NCBI GenBank assembly: GCA_043742955.1
Contig: JAYTXL010000027.1
Coordinates: 2,745-66,744, forward strand
Reading direction: 5' to 3'
DNA length: 64,000 bases
Origin: Verrucomicrobiota bacterium
GTDB lineage: Bacteria; Verrucomicrobiota; Verrucomicrobiia; Limisphaerales; JAYTXL01
The position numbers were made by a program, and so were the translations under genes. Under the pieces are notes generated by a model. It was given only the letters and a program-made list of their open reading frames with translations. It did not search any database and had not been told where the DNA came from. Of the stretch, positions 45,760 to 56,700 are shown in pieces. Position 1 is the first letter of the stretch, and each line of letters begins with the position of its first letter.

Positions 45760-47022
45760 ATGCATCAGGAAGATCAAACGGAGGTCTTGGTCGTCGGCGC
45801 CGGCCCGGTGGGGCTGTTTACCGCGCTGCGGTTGGCGGAGGGCGGCCTGCGGGTAAAGGTGATTGACCAGGAAGCCCGGACGACCACCCATAGCCACGCC
45901 TGCGCCCTGCATCCCCGCACGATTAAGCTGCTGGCGCAGGTTGGCCTGGCGGACGAATTGATCAAACAGGGGCAGCGCATCGAGAGCATCGGTTTTTACC
46001 ACGGCCGGCCACGGCGGGCGGAGCTGAAACTCGGCGAGTTACCCGTGGATTATCCGTTTGTCCTGGTGGTGCCGCAAAGCGCGCTGGAGAACACGCTGGC
46101 AGAGAGGCTCAGCCAGATGGAGAATGTCGAGCTCTGCTGGAATCATCGGCTGGCGGAGGTGAAAACCGTGAATGACACCGTGGTGGCAACCATCGAGAAA
46201 TTCACCAAGTCAGCCAAGGGCTACATCGTTCCCGATTGGGATTTCATTGTGGAAAAAACCATGCAAACCCGGGCCCGTTTTTTGGTGGGTGCGGACGGAT
46301 CCAATTCCCATATGCGGCAGTGTCTGGGGATTGAATCTGAGCTGGTGGGTGCGGCGGAGACCTTTGTGATTTATGATTTTGAATGTGCCAACAGCGTCGG
46401 GTCGGAGATGCGCGTGGTGCTGGACGCGGCGGCGGCGAGTGTGATGTGGCCATTTTCAGAGCATCGCTGCCGCTGGAGCTTTCAGACCATCCTGGCGATG
46501 CCGGCGGAGGCATTTCCGGAAAAAGATCGCAACGTGTTCATGGTTGAAGAGGTGCCGGGCGAAGACGATAGCCAGCATCGCCTGCAACGTTTATTGGAAC
46601 GGCGCGCGCCCTGGTTTGAGGGTCAATTCAAGGAGTTGGAGTGGTCCACGGAGGCTCAATTCGGACGCCGGCTGGCGAAGCGATTTGGCGAGGGCCGATG
46701 CTGGCTGGTCGGCGACGCAGCGCATCAGACCGGGCCGATCGGGACGCAGAGCATGAACATTGGGTTCTGCGAGGGGGCCGAGCTGGCCGCCGGGGTGCGC
46801 CGGTTGCTGGTGGATCATGGTTCGCCGGATTTCCTGGCGGAATACAGCACCAGTCGCCGCGCGGAATGGCAGCGTATGCTGGGGCTGGATGGTGGTTTAA
46901 AATCCACCGCGACGACCGATCCGTGGATCTGGGATCATGCCGCGCAAATCCTGCCCTGCCTGCCCGCCTCCGGGGTCGAGCTCAAATGCCTCGTGAACCA
47001 GCTCGGGCTTGAATTTGCCTAG
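45760..47022 (+). CDS. FAD-dependent monooxygenase (UbiH/aromatic-ring hydroxylase family)
   Basis: VLVVGAGPVGLFTALRLAEGG, VGADGSNSHMR and GDAAHQTGPIGTQSMNIG. Confidence 0.85.
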   Translation: MHQEDQTEVLVVGAGPVGLFTALRLAEGGLRVKVIDQEARTTTHSHACALHPRTIKLLAQVGLADELIKQGQRIESIGFYHGRPRRAELKLGELPVDYPFVLVVPQSALENTLAERLSQMENVELCWNHRLAEVKTVNDTVVATIEKFTKSAKGYIVPDWDFIVEKTMQTRARFLVGADGSNSHMRQCLGIESELVGAAETFVIYDFECANSVGSEMRVVLDAAAASVMWPFSEHRCRWSFQTILAMPAEAFPEKDRNVFMVEEVPGEDDSQHRLQRLLERRAPWFEGQFKELEWSTEAQFGRRLAKRFGEGRCWLVGDAAHQTGPIGTQSMNIGFCEGAELAAGVRRLLVDHGSPDFLAEYSTSRRAEWQRMLGLDGGLKSTATTDPWIWDHAAQILPCLPASGVELKCLVNQLGLEFA

Positions 47023-47187
47023 CCGATCCAAGGCGGGGCGCTGTTTCAGGAAAGTCAGCGGGGTGCGGTCGGTTGCGTCTGTCGGTTGCGTCTGGCCAAG
47101 GTGCGAGCCCCGGCTGGCGGGGACCAGATTAAAAATCCGTGTGATTGTCCGCTTGGCGGAGGTGGGGGAGTCCGTTAGAATCAGAGC

Positions 47188-47580
47188 GTGCCGATCTTCC
47201 ACGAATGCCAGCGCTGCACGGCCTGTTGTCGGTGGCCGGGGCAGGTGCGCCTGGCGGCGGCGGAGATCACGCGCCTGGCGGCGTTCAAAGAGCTCAGCGA
47301 ATTCGATTTTATCCAGCAATACACCCGGCTCACCGCGGACCGGCTGGGGTTGGCTTTAAAGGATCAATCCGGCGGAGAGTGTGTTTTTCTGGCCGGGAAC
47401 GAGTGCGCTGTTCAGGCGGTCAAGCCCCAGCAATGCCGCGACTTTCCGAATCTCTGGAATTTTCCCGGTTTTGAAAAAGTATGTCGTGCCGTGCCCCGGC
47501 TCGTGGAGGCGGAGGAGTACGCGCGATTGATTGCGGCCGCCACCCGGCGCCCGGGCGGGGCTACAGTCCACGGTGCATGA
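47188..47580 (+). CDS. YkgJ-family cysteine-cluster protein
   Basis: N-terminal CQRCTACCRWPG (CxxCxxCC), plus the later CVFL...CAVQAVKPQQCRDFP. Confidence 0.8.
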   Translation: MPIFHECQRCTACCRWPGQVRLAAAEITRLAAFKELSEFDFIQQYTRLTADRLGLALKDQSGGECVFLAGNECAVQAVKPQQCRDFPNLWNFPGFEKVCRAVPRLVEAEEYARLIAAATRRPGGATVHGA

Positions 47581-48769
47581 TCTCGAGCGCGAGCACGGCG
47601 TAGGCCGTGGCGAGCACCGGATCCTTTTCCCACCAGCGATTGTTATCATTGGACCAGGAGCCGTCCTTTTGTTGGAGGTTGATGAGTTTCAAGGCGGCTT
47701 CTTTTCGCCAGTTCACTTTTTTGCCGCTCTTCAATTCGAGTTCGGTGCCGCCGTAGAGCGCGAGGGCTTTCGTCATGGTGTGGAGATAATAGTAAAGACC
47801 TTGCGGGCCCAGGCCCGGGTTTTCCTCGAGCGTGTAGTTGCCGCGCAGCCATTCCATCACCGCGACGACGCGCGGGTCGTCGCGTTTAACGTCGGCATAA
47901 ATATAACTGAGCAAACCGGCGTAGCTGGCACTGCCGTAGGAACGGAGGGCCACGCGACCGGTGGCGGAGTTGGTGACGCTTCCGGCCATGCTGTGGCCGG
48001 GATAGTAAATGAACCCGCCCTTGTTTTGCGGGTCGGCGGAAGCCCACGCCTCACGGTTCGACCCCGGTAAATTCTGACAGGTTTGCAAGAATTGAATCGC
48101 CGCCGGCCAATCCAGGTCGCGCGCCTCGGCCGCGCTTTTGTCCGCGACCAGGTGTTTGCTATAGTAGAGGGCCTCGAGCGCAAGCAGGGTGTTGTTCAGA
48201 TCCGAGTGGGCATATTTGCTGCCGTAGCCGACCCCGCCATCGAAGGGGGAATCCGATTCGCCTTTTTCACCCAGATCAATTTGGGAACGGACGAGGAAGG
48301 CGCGCGCCTGGCGCAGCACCGGATGGTATTCCGGCTGGTTTGCGGCCAGCAGCGCCAGCATCGAAACCGCCGTGTTATAGTTCGCCAATTCCTTTTGATA
48401 GATGCCGCCGTCGGTCTTTGCGCAGGCGAGCAGGAAATTGTAACCCCGTTTGAGTTCCGGAGTGACGGACGAATCAAAACGGCCCGTGGGTTCGCCCTGA
48501 AATGCAGTCAGCGCGAGGGCCGTGAGGGCGGGATGATCAGCGGTAGACCAGAAGCCGGCGGGGTCCTGACGTTTCTGCAACGCGGCCAAACCCCGGTCGA
48601 TTGCATGTTGGACCTCCTGGCGCAGGGAGATGTCGGTGGGGTTGGGGAGGGGGGCGGGCTTCGGCTGGGCGGGGGGCGCCGCGAAAATCAGCCCGCCAAA
48701 TCCAAGCTGAAGCGCGAGCGCAAATCCGAGGGTGAGCGGCGAGGCGTGCGCGGGGTTGAAAATATTCAC
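47561..48769 (-). CDS. Secreted prenyltransferase/squalene-oxidase-repeat (alpha-alpha toroid) protein
   Basis: Signal-like N-terminus and repeated terpenoid-cyclase-like motifs (QDPAGFWS, KTDGGIYQ, QQKDGSWSNDNNRWWEKDPVLATAYAVLALE). Confidence 0.75.
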   Translation of the reverse strand: MNIFNPAHASPLTLGFALALQLGFGGLIFAAPPAQPKPAPLPNPTDISLRQEVQHAIDRGLAALQKRQDPAGFWSTADHPALTALALTAFQGEPTGRFDSSVTPELKRGYNFLLACAKTDGGIYQKELANYNTAVSMLALLAANQPEYHPVLRQARAFLVRSQIDLGEKGESDSPFDGGVGYGSKYAHSDLNNTLLALEALYYSKHLVADKSAAEARDLDWPAAIQFLQTCQNLPGSNREAWASADPQNKGGFIYYPGHSMAGSVTNSATGRVALRSYGSASYAGLLSYIYADVKRDDPRVVAVMEWLRGNYTLEENPGLGPQGLYYYLHTMTKALALYGGTELELKSGKKVNWRKEAALKLINLQQKDGSWSNDNNRWWEKDPVLATAYAVLALEIMHRGL

Positions 48770-48806
48770 GGCCGTAATTGATGCGGGAGGCAGCCGCGTC
48801 GTCCAG

Positions 48807-49589
48807 CTATTTCCGGGCGGGTTTGGCCGTCAGTTGAATCGTTACCTGCACCGGGGTGCCGCGCGGTGGCAGTTTTTCTGAAATGATCTGCCAGTTGGAA
48901 TCATCCTCGCGGCCGGGGCGCGGGTTGTTGAACAGCGCGTCCTCGTCGGTGATAAGCGAGACGATGGAACCCTCGGTCTGCGCGATGAAGCGGCCGGCCC
49001 ACACGCGCGAGCCGTTGAAGGTGAAGGGGCCGGAGCTCATGCGTGATTTTTGCTTCACATCGAGCACAAGTTCCTCGAGGCGAAAGGACTTTTCCAAACC
49101 AGCCATTCGCCACCGGACCGCAAGGTTGACCGGGTCACCGCGAATCGGTTTGGTGTTTTCAGCGCTCAACTGCGCGCCCTTGAGGGGACCGCCGTCGGGC
49201 GCGTTCGTAAGCACGTGGGTAGGCGCGCCCCGGGCCCCGAGGAGCAGCATCGCGGTCTGAAGATGGTAGGGCTCCACTGCGGTTTGGAGCAGGCTCTCGT
49301 GCGTCTTGCCGGACGAATGGACAATCAGATATTCGATCAATCCCTCGTCCATGTTGATCGCGGCGGGGAAACTGACGATCCGCTGTCGTTGGTCGAGGCG
49401 CACGTCGCCGATTTGAAAAAGTCCCGGAGCGATTTCTTTCACCAGCGCATTGGTGGTGGTGGTGGCCGCCGGTGGCGCCGGTTCAGCGCTCGCGAGTACG
49501 TGGCTGGTGGCCAGCAGCACAAGCAGGAGGAAGCCTGATCTCGCTGGCGCGAGGCGGAAATGCCGCTGGGGGCGGACAGGCTCAATCAT
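48807..49589 (-). CDS. Hypothetical secreted protein
   Basis: 260 aa with the signal-like segment GFLLLVLLATSHVLASA. It lies upstream of, and on the same strand as, the prenyltransferase-repeat gene. I recognise no motif with confidence. Confidence 0.5.
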   Translation of the reverse strand: MIEPVRPQRHFRLAPARSGFLLLVLLATSHVLASAEPAPPAATTTTNALVKEIAPGLFQIGDVRLDQRQRIVSFPAAINMDEGLIEYLIVHSSGKTHESLLQTAVEPYHLQTAMLLLGARGAPTHVLTNAPDGGPLKGAQLSAENTKPIRGDPVNLAVRWRMAGLEKSFRLEELVLDVKQKSRMSSGPFTFNGSRVWAGRFIAQTEGSIVSLITDEDALFNNPRPGREDDSNWQIISEKLPPRGTPVQVTIQLTAKPARK

Positions 49590-49902
49590 CGGGTCACGCT
49601 ACGCCAAAGCGGTCCGGGTGCCAAATTGGAAATGGAGGGCAGCGATTTTTTTAGGGCCATCCCGAATAGTTCGCTTGCTGGTGAGAGTAGAAAAGAAAAA
49701 CCTAAAAACAGGAAAAATACTTTACAATATTTTTAATTTTGATAACAAGACTTCCAGTGCAGATCAGCGGCTATCTCCATCATTTGAATCACACCGCCAC
49801 CGCCCTAATGTTTAAGTTTTTGCCCCTTGCCTCGACCCAACTGGTGGTGCTGGACCGGCCCATTATCACCCTGCCGACAGACGGATAGATTTCTCGAAAG
49901 CC
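49590..49902 (+). promoter_or_regulatory. Long spacer with a strongly AT-rich core, putative promoter region of the giant-protein operon
   Basis: The 313-nt intergenic region contains the most AT-rich stretch of the window (about 49680-49760: gaaaagaaaaacctaaaaacaggaaaaatactttacaatatttttaattttgataacaag). The flanking genes diverge from it. Confidence 0.35.
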
Positions 49903-51741
49903 ATGAACCCTCCTTCCTTTTTTCGCCGCCTGTTCGGCGCCGCGCTGCTGGCGTCGGTGTTCACGCTGACGCGCCCGGCACACGCGCAATGGCAGACCCA
50001 GAGCGTTACTTTGAAGCCCGGTTGGAACGCCGTGTATCTTCACGTGGATGCCTCCCACATCTTGCTGGACGACCTGATCAACATCGTCGGAAATCCCATC
50101 ACCGAGGTCTGGCTCTGGCAGCCGCCCAGTTCCACCATTCAGTTCTTCGACACCCCCCAACAGCCATCCGCACCGAACAGCCAGTGGGCCATGTGGAATC
50201 GCTCACCCGTCATTGCGGACTCGCTCGTTCGGCTGCCGGGCAACTCCGCCTACCTGGTGCGCAACACCAACACCGTGGACTACGTCTGGACCATCAAGGG
50301 CAAGCCCGTGCCGCCGCGCTCTGATTGGACCAGTTCGGGTCAGAACTTCATCGGCTTCTCGACTCCGGCGGGCAGCCCGCCGACCTTCCAGGATTTTCTG
50401 ACTCCCGCACCGAGTAACTTGTTGTCCAAAGCGGAGATCTATCGATATATCGGGGGGGAGCTGACGAACAATCCGGCGAAAATAAATCCGCTGGTGTATC
50501 GCAGTGTGCCGGTGGCGCGCAACGAAGCCTATTGGATCCGGGCGGGCACCAATTTTTACAACCGCTATTTCGGGCCCGTGGAACTGTCGTTGCAGAACCC
50601 GGCCGGGGTTCTTTTTGGCGACAACAGCGGTACCTACGCCGTGCGGCTCAAGAATCTCACCGCCAACCCGGTCACAATCACTTTGAATCTCGTGAGTTCC
50701 GAGGCTCCCCCCAGCCTACAGCCGGCGTTGGTGGGGGGGAATACGCCGACGCCTCCGCCGCTTTTAGTGCGCGGCACCCTCAATCTCACCAACCTCACTT
50801 ATACCCACACCGCTTTAGCCGGCCAGCAGAGTTTCACGCTGGCGGCGCAGGGGCAGGTGGGTTCCGAGTTGGAAGTGGTGCTCGGCCTGAATCGTTCGGC
50901 CATGACCGCCTCGACCGGTTCAACCTATGCCGGCATTTTACGCTTCGCGGATACGGGCGGCCTGTCGCAGATGGATTTGCCGGTCAGCGCCACGGTGGCG
51001 GATGCCTCGGGTTTGTGGGTGGGGCAGGCGAGTGTCACTCAGGTGGGGCAATATTTGAAGACCTATCAGAAAGACGCCAATGGCAATCCCGTGCTCGCCC
51101 CCGTCACCACGAATGGGGCACCCTACATTGCCCTTGCCACGAACACCGCGCTCGGCTCCGTGGCCCGGCCTTTTCCGCTCCGGTTGATCCTGCATCATGA
51201 CCCCGCTGCGGGGGCGGTGAACCTGCTGCAACGGGTGTTTGTCGGCCTTGGCCCGGTCACGAACCTGGTGGTGGCCACGCGGGAGTCGCTGCTCAATCCC
51301 TCGCTCATCAGCTCCGCCCGCCGGATCAGCGCCACCCACCTTCCGTTTTCCGCGACAAATTCTTACTGGCCCAAGACCAGCGGCGCCTTCCAGCTGGGTT
51401 CGAATCTCGTTTTCAACGTCAGTCTGGACTACAATGACCACGCGTCGAATCCGTTTCTGCACACGTTTCATCCCGATCACGACAACCTGAAGCAACCGGA
51501 CTTCAAGACCGTCCAGCCGCTGGGGGTTGAGTCTTACACGGTGACCCGGCGCATCACGCTGGGTTTCACGGCGCCGGCGAATGACTTCACCAGCCTCACC
51601 GCCAGCACCCGTTCCTTTGGTGGAAATTACACCGAGGTCATCACGTTCTTCGGTTTTGACGGTCAAGCGCGGGAGTTCACCCTCGCTGGGATCTTCGCGT
51701 TGAACCGCATTAGCCCCATTTCCACCCTGACCAAGAACTAA
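49903..51741 (+). CDS. Secreted protein of unknown function (612 aa), first gene of the giant-protein operon
   Basis: Signal peptide MNPPSFFRRLFGAALLASVFTLTRPAHA|Q. The composition is beta-rich, and the conserved-looking motif NPFLHTFHPDHDNL lies near the C-terminus. Confidence 0.6.
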   Translation: MNPPSFFRRLFGAALLASVFTLTRPAHAQWQTQSVTLKPGWNAVYLHVDASHILLDDLINIVGNPITEVWLWQPPSSTIQFFDTPQQPSAPNSQWAMWNRSPVIADSLVRLPGNSAYLVRNTNTVDYVWTIKGKPVPPRSDWTSSGQNFIGFSTPAGSPPTFQDFLTPAPSNLLSKAEIYRYIGGELTNNPAKINPLVYRSVPVARNEAYWIRAGTNFYNRYFGPVELSLQNPAGVLFGDNSGTYAVRLKNLTANPVTITLNLVSSEAPPSLQPALVGGNTPTPPPLLVRGTLNLTNLTYTHTALAGQQSFTLAAQGQVGSELEVVLGLNRSAMTASTGSTYAGILRFADTGGLSQMDLPVSATVADASGLWVGQASVTQVGQYLKTYQKDANGNPVLAPVTTNGAPYIALATNTALGSVARPFPLRLILHHDPAAGAVNLLQRVFVGLGPVTNLVVATRESLLNPSLISSARRISATHLPFSATNSYWPKTSGAFQLGSNLVFNVSLDYNDHASNPFLHTFHPDHDNLKQPDFKTVQPLGVESYTVTRRITLGFTAPANDFTSLTASTRSFGGNYTEVITFFGFDGQAREFTLAGIFALNRISPISTLTKN

Positions 51742-51781
51742 TCTTAACAAGTATATTGAGCTTCACCCAAATTTTGCATTC

Positions 51782-53599
51782 ATGAAAACTCTCCCACTGT
51801 CCCAACCCAAACAACCCATGAAAAACATCCGTTCTCTCCTTCATTTCCTGGGGGTCGCGTGCGCCGCGATCCTCCTCGTGGCCGCCGCACCCACCGCGCG
51901 CGCGGCCACTCCAACCCCGCCCGGCAAGCTGACCTATCAAGGGTTTCTTACCGACGGCAACGGCCTGCCCTTGGGCAATGCGTTGCCCGTCAACAGCACC
52001 GTCATTTTCCGCATCTACAAGAATGCCACCGGGGTATCGGCTTCCGACATTGTGTGGTCCGAATCGCAGGTGGTGACGATTGACAAGGGTCACTTCAGCG
52101 TCCTGCTGGGTGAAGGCACGCTCGTGACGGGCGAACCGAACACCAACAACCTTGCGGGCGTTTTCACCGGCGCGGACGCGTCTGACCGTTTCATGGGAAT
52201 TACGATCGGCACCACCAATATCAGTCCGCGGCTGCAGTTCCTGCCCGCGCCGTATGCGATGCTGGCGAAGAGTGCCAATGTGGTGGTGGATGGGTTGGGC
52301 AACTCGGTGCTCACCACGGGGACGAGCACGATCGGAATCAACAAAGGCACGGGCGTTCCAGTGTCCGCCTTGGATGTTAATGGCACGGTTACGGCGACCG
52401 GTTTACAGGTGAATGGCACCGCCAGTGCCACGACTTTTTCCGGAGCCCATTCGGGTAACGCCTCGGGTTTGACTTCCATCCCCGCCGGCCAACTCACCGG
52501 CACGGTGCCGAATGCCCAACTCTCGGGCACCTACGGCAATGCGCTGACGCTGAACAACGCCGGGAACAGCCTTTCGGGTAATGGTTCGGGTCTGACCTCG
52601 CTCAACGGCAACAATATCACGGCGGGAACGATCCCTGACTCCAAACTGGCCACCATCACAACCGGGGGTAAAGTTGCGAACTCCGCGACCACCGCCACCA
52701 GTGGAAACAGCGGAAATACCATCGTAATGCGGGATGGAAACGGCGATTTCACCGCCGGCTCCATCGGCCTTGGTGGTGTGGCTGCAACGAAAGCGCCGTT
52801 GCAGATTAGCAGTTTTTACAATACCAGTGTGGGTCCAAATAGCGGCCTTGGTCTTGGTGGGGTGTTTTCAACTGCAACGACCGGAACTAGGTCCATTTCT
52901 ATTTATGCCGATCTCGATGTGAGCGCCCGCCAGTTCCTCGCTTTCTCGGACGAGCGGATCAAGCGTATTGAGGGGCGCTCAGATACCAGCCAAGATCTAA
53001 CCACGCTGCTCGGGATTGAGATCACGGACTATCGCTACAAAGACGTGGTTGGGAAAGGCAACGATCCGCATAAAAAGGTCATCGCCCAGCAAGTGGAGAA
53101 GGTCTTCGCCCAAGCGGTTAGCAAACACACCGACACGGTGCCCGACATCTACCAGAAAGCGCAGCTCAAGGATGGCTGGGTGGAGCTGGCGACGGATCTC
53201 AAGAAAGGTGAGCGCGTGAGGTTAATTTGCGACAAGGGTGAAGGCGTCTACGAAGTGCTTGAAGTGACCAAAACCAAGTTCCGCACCTCCCTCAAACTGG
53301 AAGGGAATAAGGTTTTTGTTTTTGGCCGAGAGGTGAACGATTTCCGCAACGTGGATTACGAGGCGATCGCGATGCTGAACGTGTCGGCCACGCAGGAACT
53401 GGCGAAACAGGTTCAGGCTTTGCAGAAAAGCGAGGCGCGCGTGGCTGAACTCGAACAGAAAGTTTCCAAAATGGACACTCTCGAGCGTGAGGTGGCGCAG
53501 CTGAAGAAGATGGTCGCGCAGCTGGCCGACCTGCGAAAGGGCGAACGTCCTGTCGCCGGGGCGGCGGCGAGTGAGCTCAAAGCCCAAGCCTCACGCTAA
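51782..53599 (+). CDS. Tail-fibre-like secreted protein with Peptidase_S74-type intramolecular chaperone motif and C-terminal coiled coil
   Basis: Signal peptide; an N-terminal YQGFLTDGNGLPLGN...FRIY...WSESQVVTIDKGHFSVLLGEG module; Gly/Asn/Thr-rich fibre repeats (GNASGLTSIPAGQLTGTVPNAQLSG, GNGSGLTSLNGNNITAGTIPDSKLA); the SDERIKRIEG motif (SDxRxK of endosialidase-chaperone domains); and heptad-rich ELAKQVQALQKSEARVAELEQKVSKMDTLEREVAQLKKMVAQL. An alternative start is at 51818. Confidence 0.8.
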   Translation: MKTLPLSQPKQPMKNIRSLLHFLGVACAAILLVAAAPTARAATPTPPGKLTYQGFLTDGNGLPLGNALPVNSTVIFRIYKNATGVSASDIVWSESQVVTIDKGHFSVLLGEGTLVTGEPNTNNLAGVFTGADASDRFMGITIGTTNISPRLQFLPAPYAMLAKSANVVVDGLGNSVLTTGTSTIGINKGTGVPVSALDVNGTVTATGLQVNGTASATTFSGAHSGNASGLTSIPAGQLTGTVPNAQLSGTYGNALTLNNAGNSLSGNGSGLTSLNGNNITAGTIPDSKLATITTGGKVANSATTATSGNSGNTIVMRDGNGDFTAGSIGLGGVAATKAPLQISSFYNTSVGPNSGLGLGGVFSTATTGTRSISIYADLDVSARQFLAFSDERIKRIEGRSDTSQDLTTLLGIEITDYRYKDVVGKGNDPHKKVIAQQVEKVFAQAVSKHTDTVPDIYQKAQLKDGWVELATDLKKGERVRLICDKGEGVYEVLEVTKTKFRTSLKLEGNKVFVFGREVNDFRNVDYEAIAMLNVSATQELAKQVQALQKSEARVAELEQKVSKMDTLEREVAQLKKMVAQLADLRKGERPVAGAAASELKAQASR

Positions 53600-53736
53600 C
53601 GAATAGTTTCTAGCCATGTTTTCGTTGCCCCTATGTTGGACCCGGCGCCTTCGCCTGGCTGCCAAATGCAGCGGCTCTACGTCGCTCTGGTTCTGGGCGC
53701 GTCCGCCCGTGGCGTTTATTTCAGTCTTTTGAATCT

Positions 53737-56700
53737 ATGAAACGGCTTTTATTCCTCGTGGCTGCCGCCCTCGCGCTCTGGGTATCGGCGGGCACGGCGC
53801 AGGTCATCCAGTTTGACCAGAGCGCGGTGCTTTATTCCACCAACTACCAGCGCGGCGTAAATTATCGGTCCATTCGCGGGGTGCCCATTTCCAACACCGC
53901 CAATGTTCCCCCGGGTTCAGACGGCCGGGAGCCGATTCCCAACAGCGCCCAGACCAACCAATTTCAGGGCTTCGTTTCTTATGGTGCCGTCGTCCGGCCC
54001 GTGACCAGTACGAATCTGGTGGGGACCAGCAGCTTTGCGCAGAACGCTTCAAATATCGGCCTGCCGCGCGCCACCAATTCCAGTGGGACGGTGCTGATCG
54101 TGCTGCGCTCGGCGCAAGTGGGTGCCCAATATTTCAGCCGACAGGTTTCCTTCTTCTACGGCGCGGTCATTCCGCCGCCCACGACGGACGTCGATGGTAA
54201 TCTGCTCGCGAACGCCAAGCCGGAGGATTATTGGGTGGCTGAGCCGTACACCACCAACGGTCACACCAACGCTCCCTATTATTGGAGTCCGCACGCCGGC
54301 GCGGTGTTTGCGGTTCAGCCCGGTCCGATCCAGGTCAGTTGGAAAAAAGCCCAGCCCAGCACCACGGTGCCTTCCGGGTATCCCAATACCAACCGTTACT
54401 ACTTTGATTCCGGGCTCTATTACACGTTTAGCAACGCGACCTATATCGTCTCCGGCAGCGCCGTGAAACCACCCCGCAAGATATATTGGACGGAAGGCGT
54501 GTTCCGGGCGACGGGCAAGCCCGTGGCCGTGCCGACAGCGCGGGTGGGCGCCGTGCAAATTGTTTATAATACCAACACCTTCCCCCAGCGGGTTACCAAT
54601 GAGTTTGTGGCGACCGGCCAGTCGTTCGTGGTGGACAATGTGACCAACCGGGTGCAAGAGCTGCGCACCCTTTGGTATGATACGCAGCAGGGGCAGATTT
54701 ATGCGTATAACCGGGAGGGGCGGGTATTTCTGGAATTGCTGGGCGACTCGCTCGGCGGCAACGTCCGGCGGCACCTTGGGTATGAGATCGTGGATGTTTA
54801 CCAACAGCCCACGCCACTCGACATCGTCGCCGAGCTGGGCGAGCTCATCACCCCGAATGTGGATGGAACTCCCGATGATACTTTGAATTCGGAGCTGGTG
54901 TTGGTCGGCGCGGCGCAGTCCTTTCTGTATTCGCACCCGATTCAAGGCAGTGACCGGACCGATCGCTATGCCGCAGAAGAGACGGTGAACCTGAACGATG
55001 TGCTGGTCCACTGGACTGAAGCAGGCATTGAAGGCCTGCGCTGGCCGTCGATCTATGGGCGTTACAAGCTGGTTTGGCCTGCCAACATTGCCAAATACAG
55101 CCACTACGTCCGCCCGCTGGTATCGACCGAGGCCGAGGCCCGGCTAACGGCTGTGCCGTTGCCAGCGGAGAATGTGCCGGCGATTCAATATCAGGACGCC
55201 TTGGACCAACCGCGTGCCAAGTTGACTGAATCCTCCAAGTTCTACACCTTTCTGGCGACAAATTACCCGGCGCATCGCACGCTCCTGCGGCTGACGGCGG
55301 GCGATAATGTGGCCTTCGAGCGGGTGTTCTCCTGGCTGGATGTGAATCTCAAGTCCACCAATTTCAACCGTACCTTGGCCACCAATTTGACGGCGGTCTC
55401 CGACTTCTATCTGACCGGCGTGGATTACCCGACCACCCCCGCCTATCTAAATGGTAGAACGCGCGGCGTGAATGGTGATTGGAAGCTCTATGTCCGGGAT
55501 ACTGCGGGGACTGATTCCGGCTCGATTGTTTCCTGGGCGATGCAGGTGGTGACCACCAACGCAGATTCCGGCACTTTGTCGACCACTGAAGTCCAGAACG
55601 CCAGCGGCATTACCATCCTGGACAACGCAAACGCGAATCCATACCCCTCTCCGCTCACGATTACCGGCATCACGGATGCCGTCGTCAAAATTCGGGTGAA
55701 GCTCAATGGCGTTACCCACACTTATCCAAAGGACATTGATATCCTGCTGGTGAGTCCAGCCGGAAAAGTATGTTCCATCATGTCGGCCGCTGGCGGTGGT
55801 AATCCGGGCATCATCGCGGTGAACCTTATCCTGGACGATGCCGCGAGCACTTTGCTTCCCACGACGCAGATCACCAGCGGCACATTCAAACCCACCCACT
55901 ATGGCGCTGATGAGGCGTTGCCTCCGGGTGCCACCGGCAGCATCCTGACCTCGCTGGCGGCACTTTTGGAAGCCGTGCCCGCGCCGCCCACCCCAACTCC
56001 CTGGCCGAGCGGCCCCACCGCACCCGGGGTGGTGAACCGAATTGCCTACGTGGGTGAGCGCATCGAGGCCAGCGGTATTGGAGAGCAACCCTTGGCGGGC
56101 TATATTCTGCAGAGCAAAGGCACTTCGTTTCATCCGGACGCTTACAAGGATCCGTTCGTGAGCGGATTCGACCTGGCAGGCCGAGGCGCGATCATCCCCG
56201 TGAACGCCATTCCCGGTGCCAACAACCTTGACATCTGGTGGTTCCGGGTCAACTCAACAGACGAGGTGAAGAATCTGGCCAACGGCTTCAAACCCATCTA
56301 TTGGCCGGAAGTTATCGGCCGTTATACCCTCGCGTGGCCAGCCAGCCCCCGTGAGATCGTGCTTGCGAGCAACGACGGCAGCGGGGCGATGGACAGCCTG
56401 CTCCAGCGCGGGACGATCTACACGCAGAATGATCCAACGAAGCCAGGCTTCAACCCGAACGAGGAACACGCGATCATGCTCGGGGGAACCGCCTATGCGC
56501 TGCGGGACGACCTGAATCTCACCGGGGCCACGGTGCCGGCGGTGCTATCCGGAGTGGGGGCGACCTATTCCTCCGATCCCTTCGTGCTGCTGGATTACAC
56601 CGGGGCGGATGGTCGTCCGGCGCTCCAGGCTTTCAAGGTGCTGCGGGAAAAGCCGTCGGAAGGGATCGTCTTTGACTATATTATCGAGGCGGGCAAGCAG

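Noticed and set aside
51782-53599. Tail-fibre-like gene as evidence of a prophage
   Set aside because: No capsid, portal, terminase, baseplate, lysis or integrase genes, and no att-like repeats, occur nearby. The protein has a Sec signal peptide and sits in an operon of secreted proteins. I treat it as a cellular fibre-like protein.
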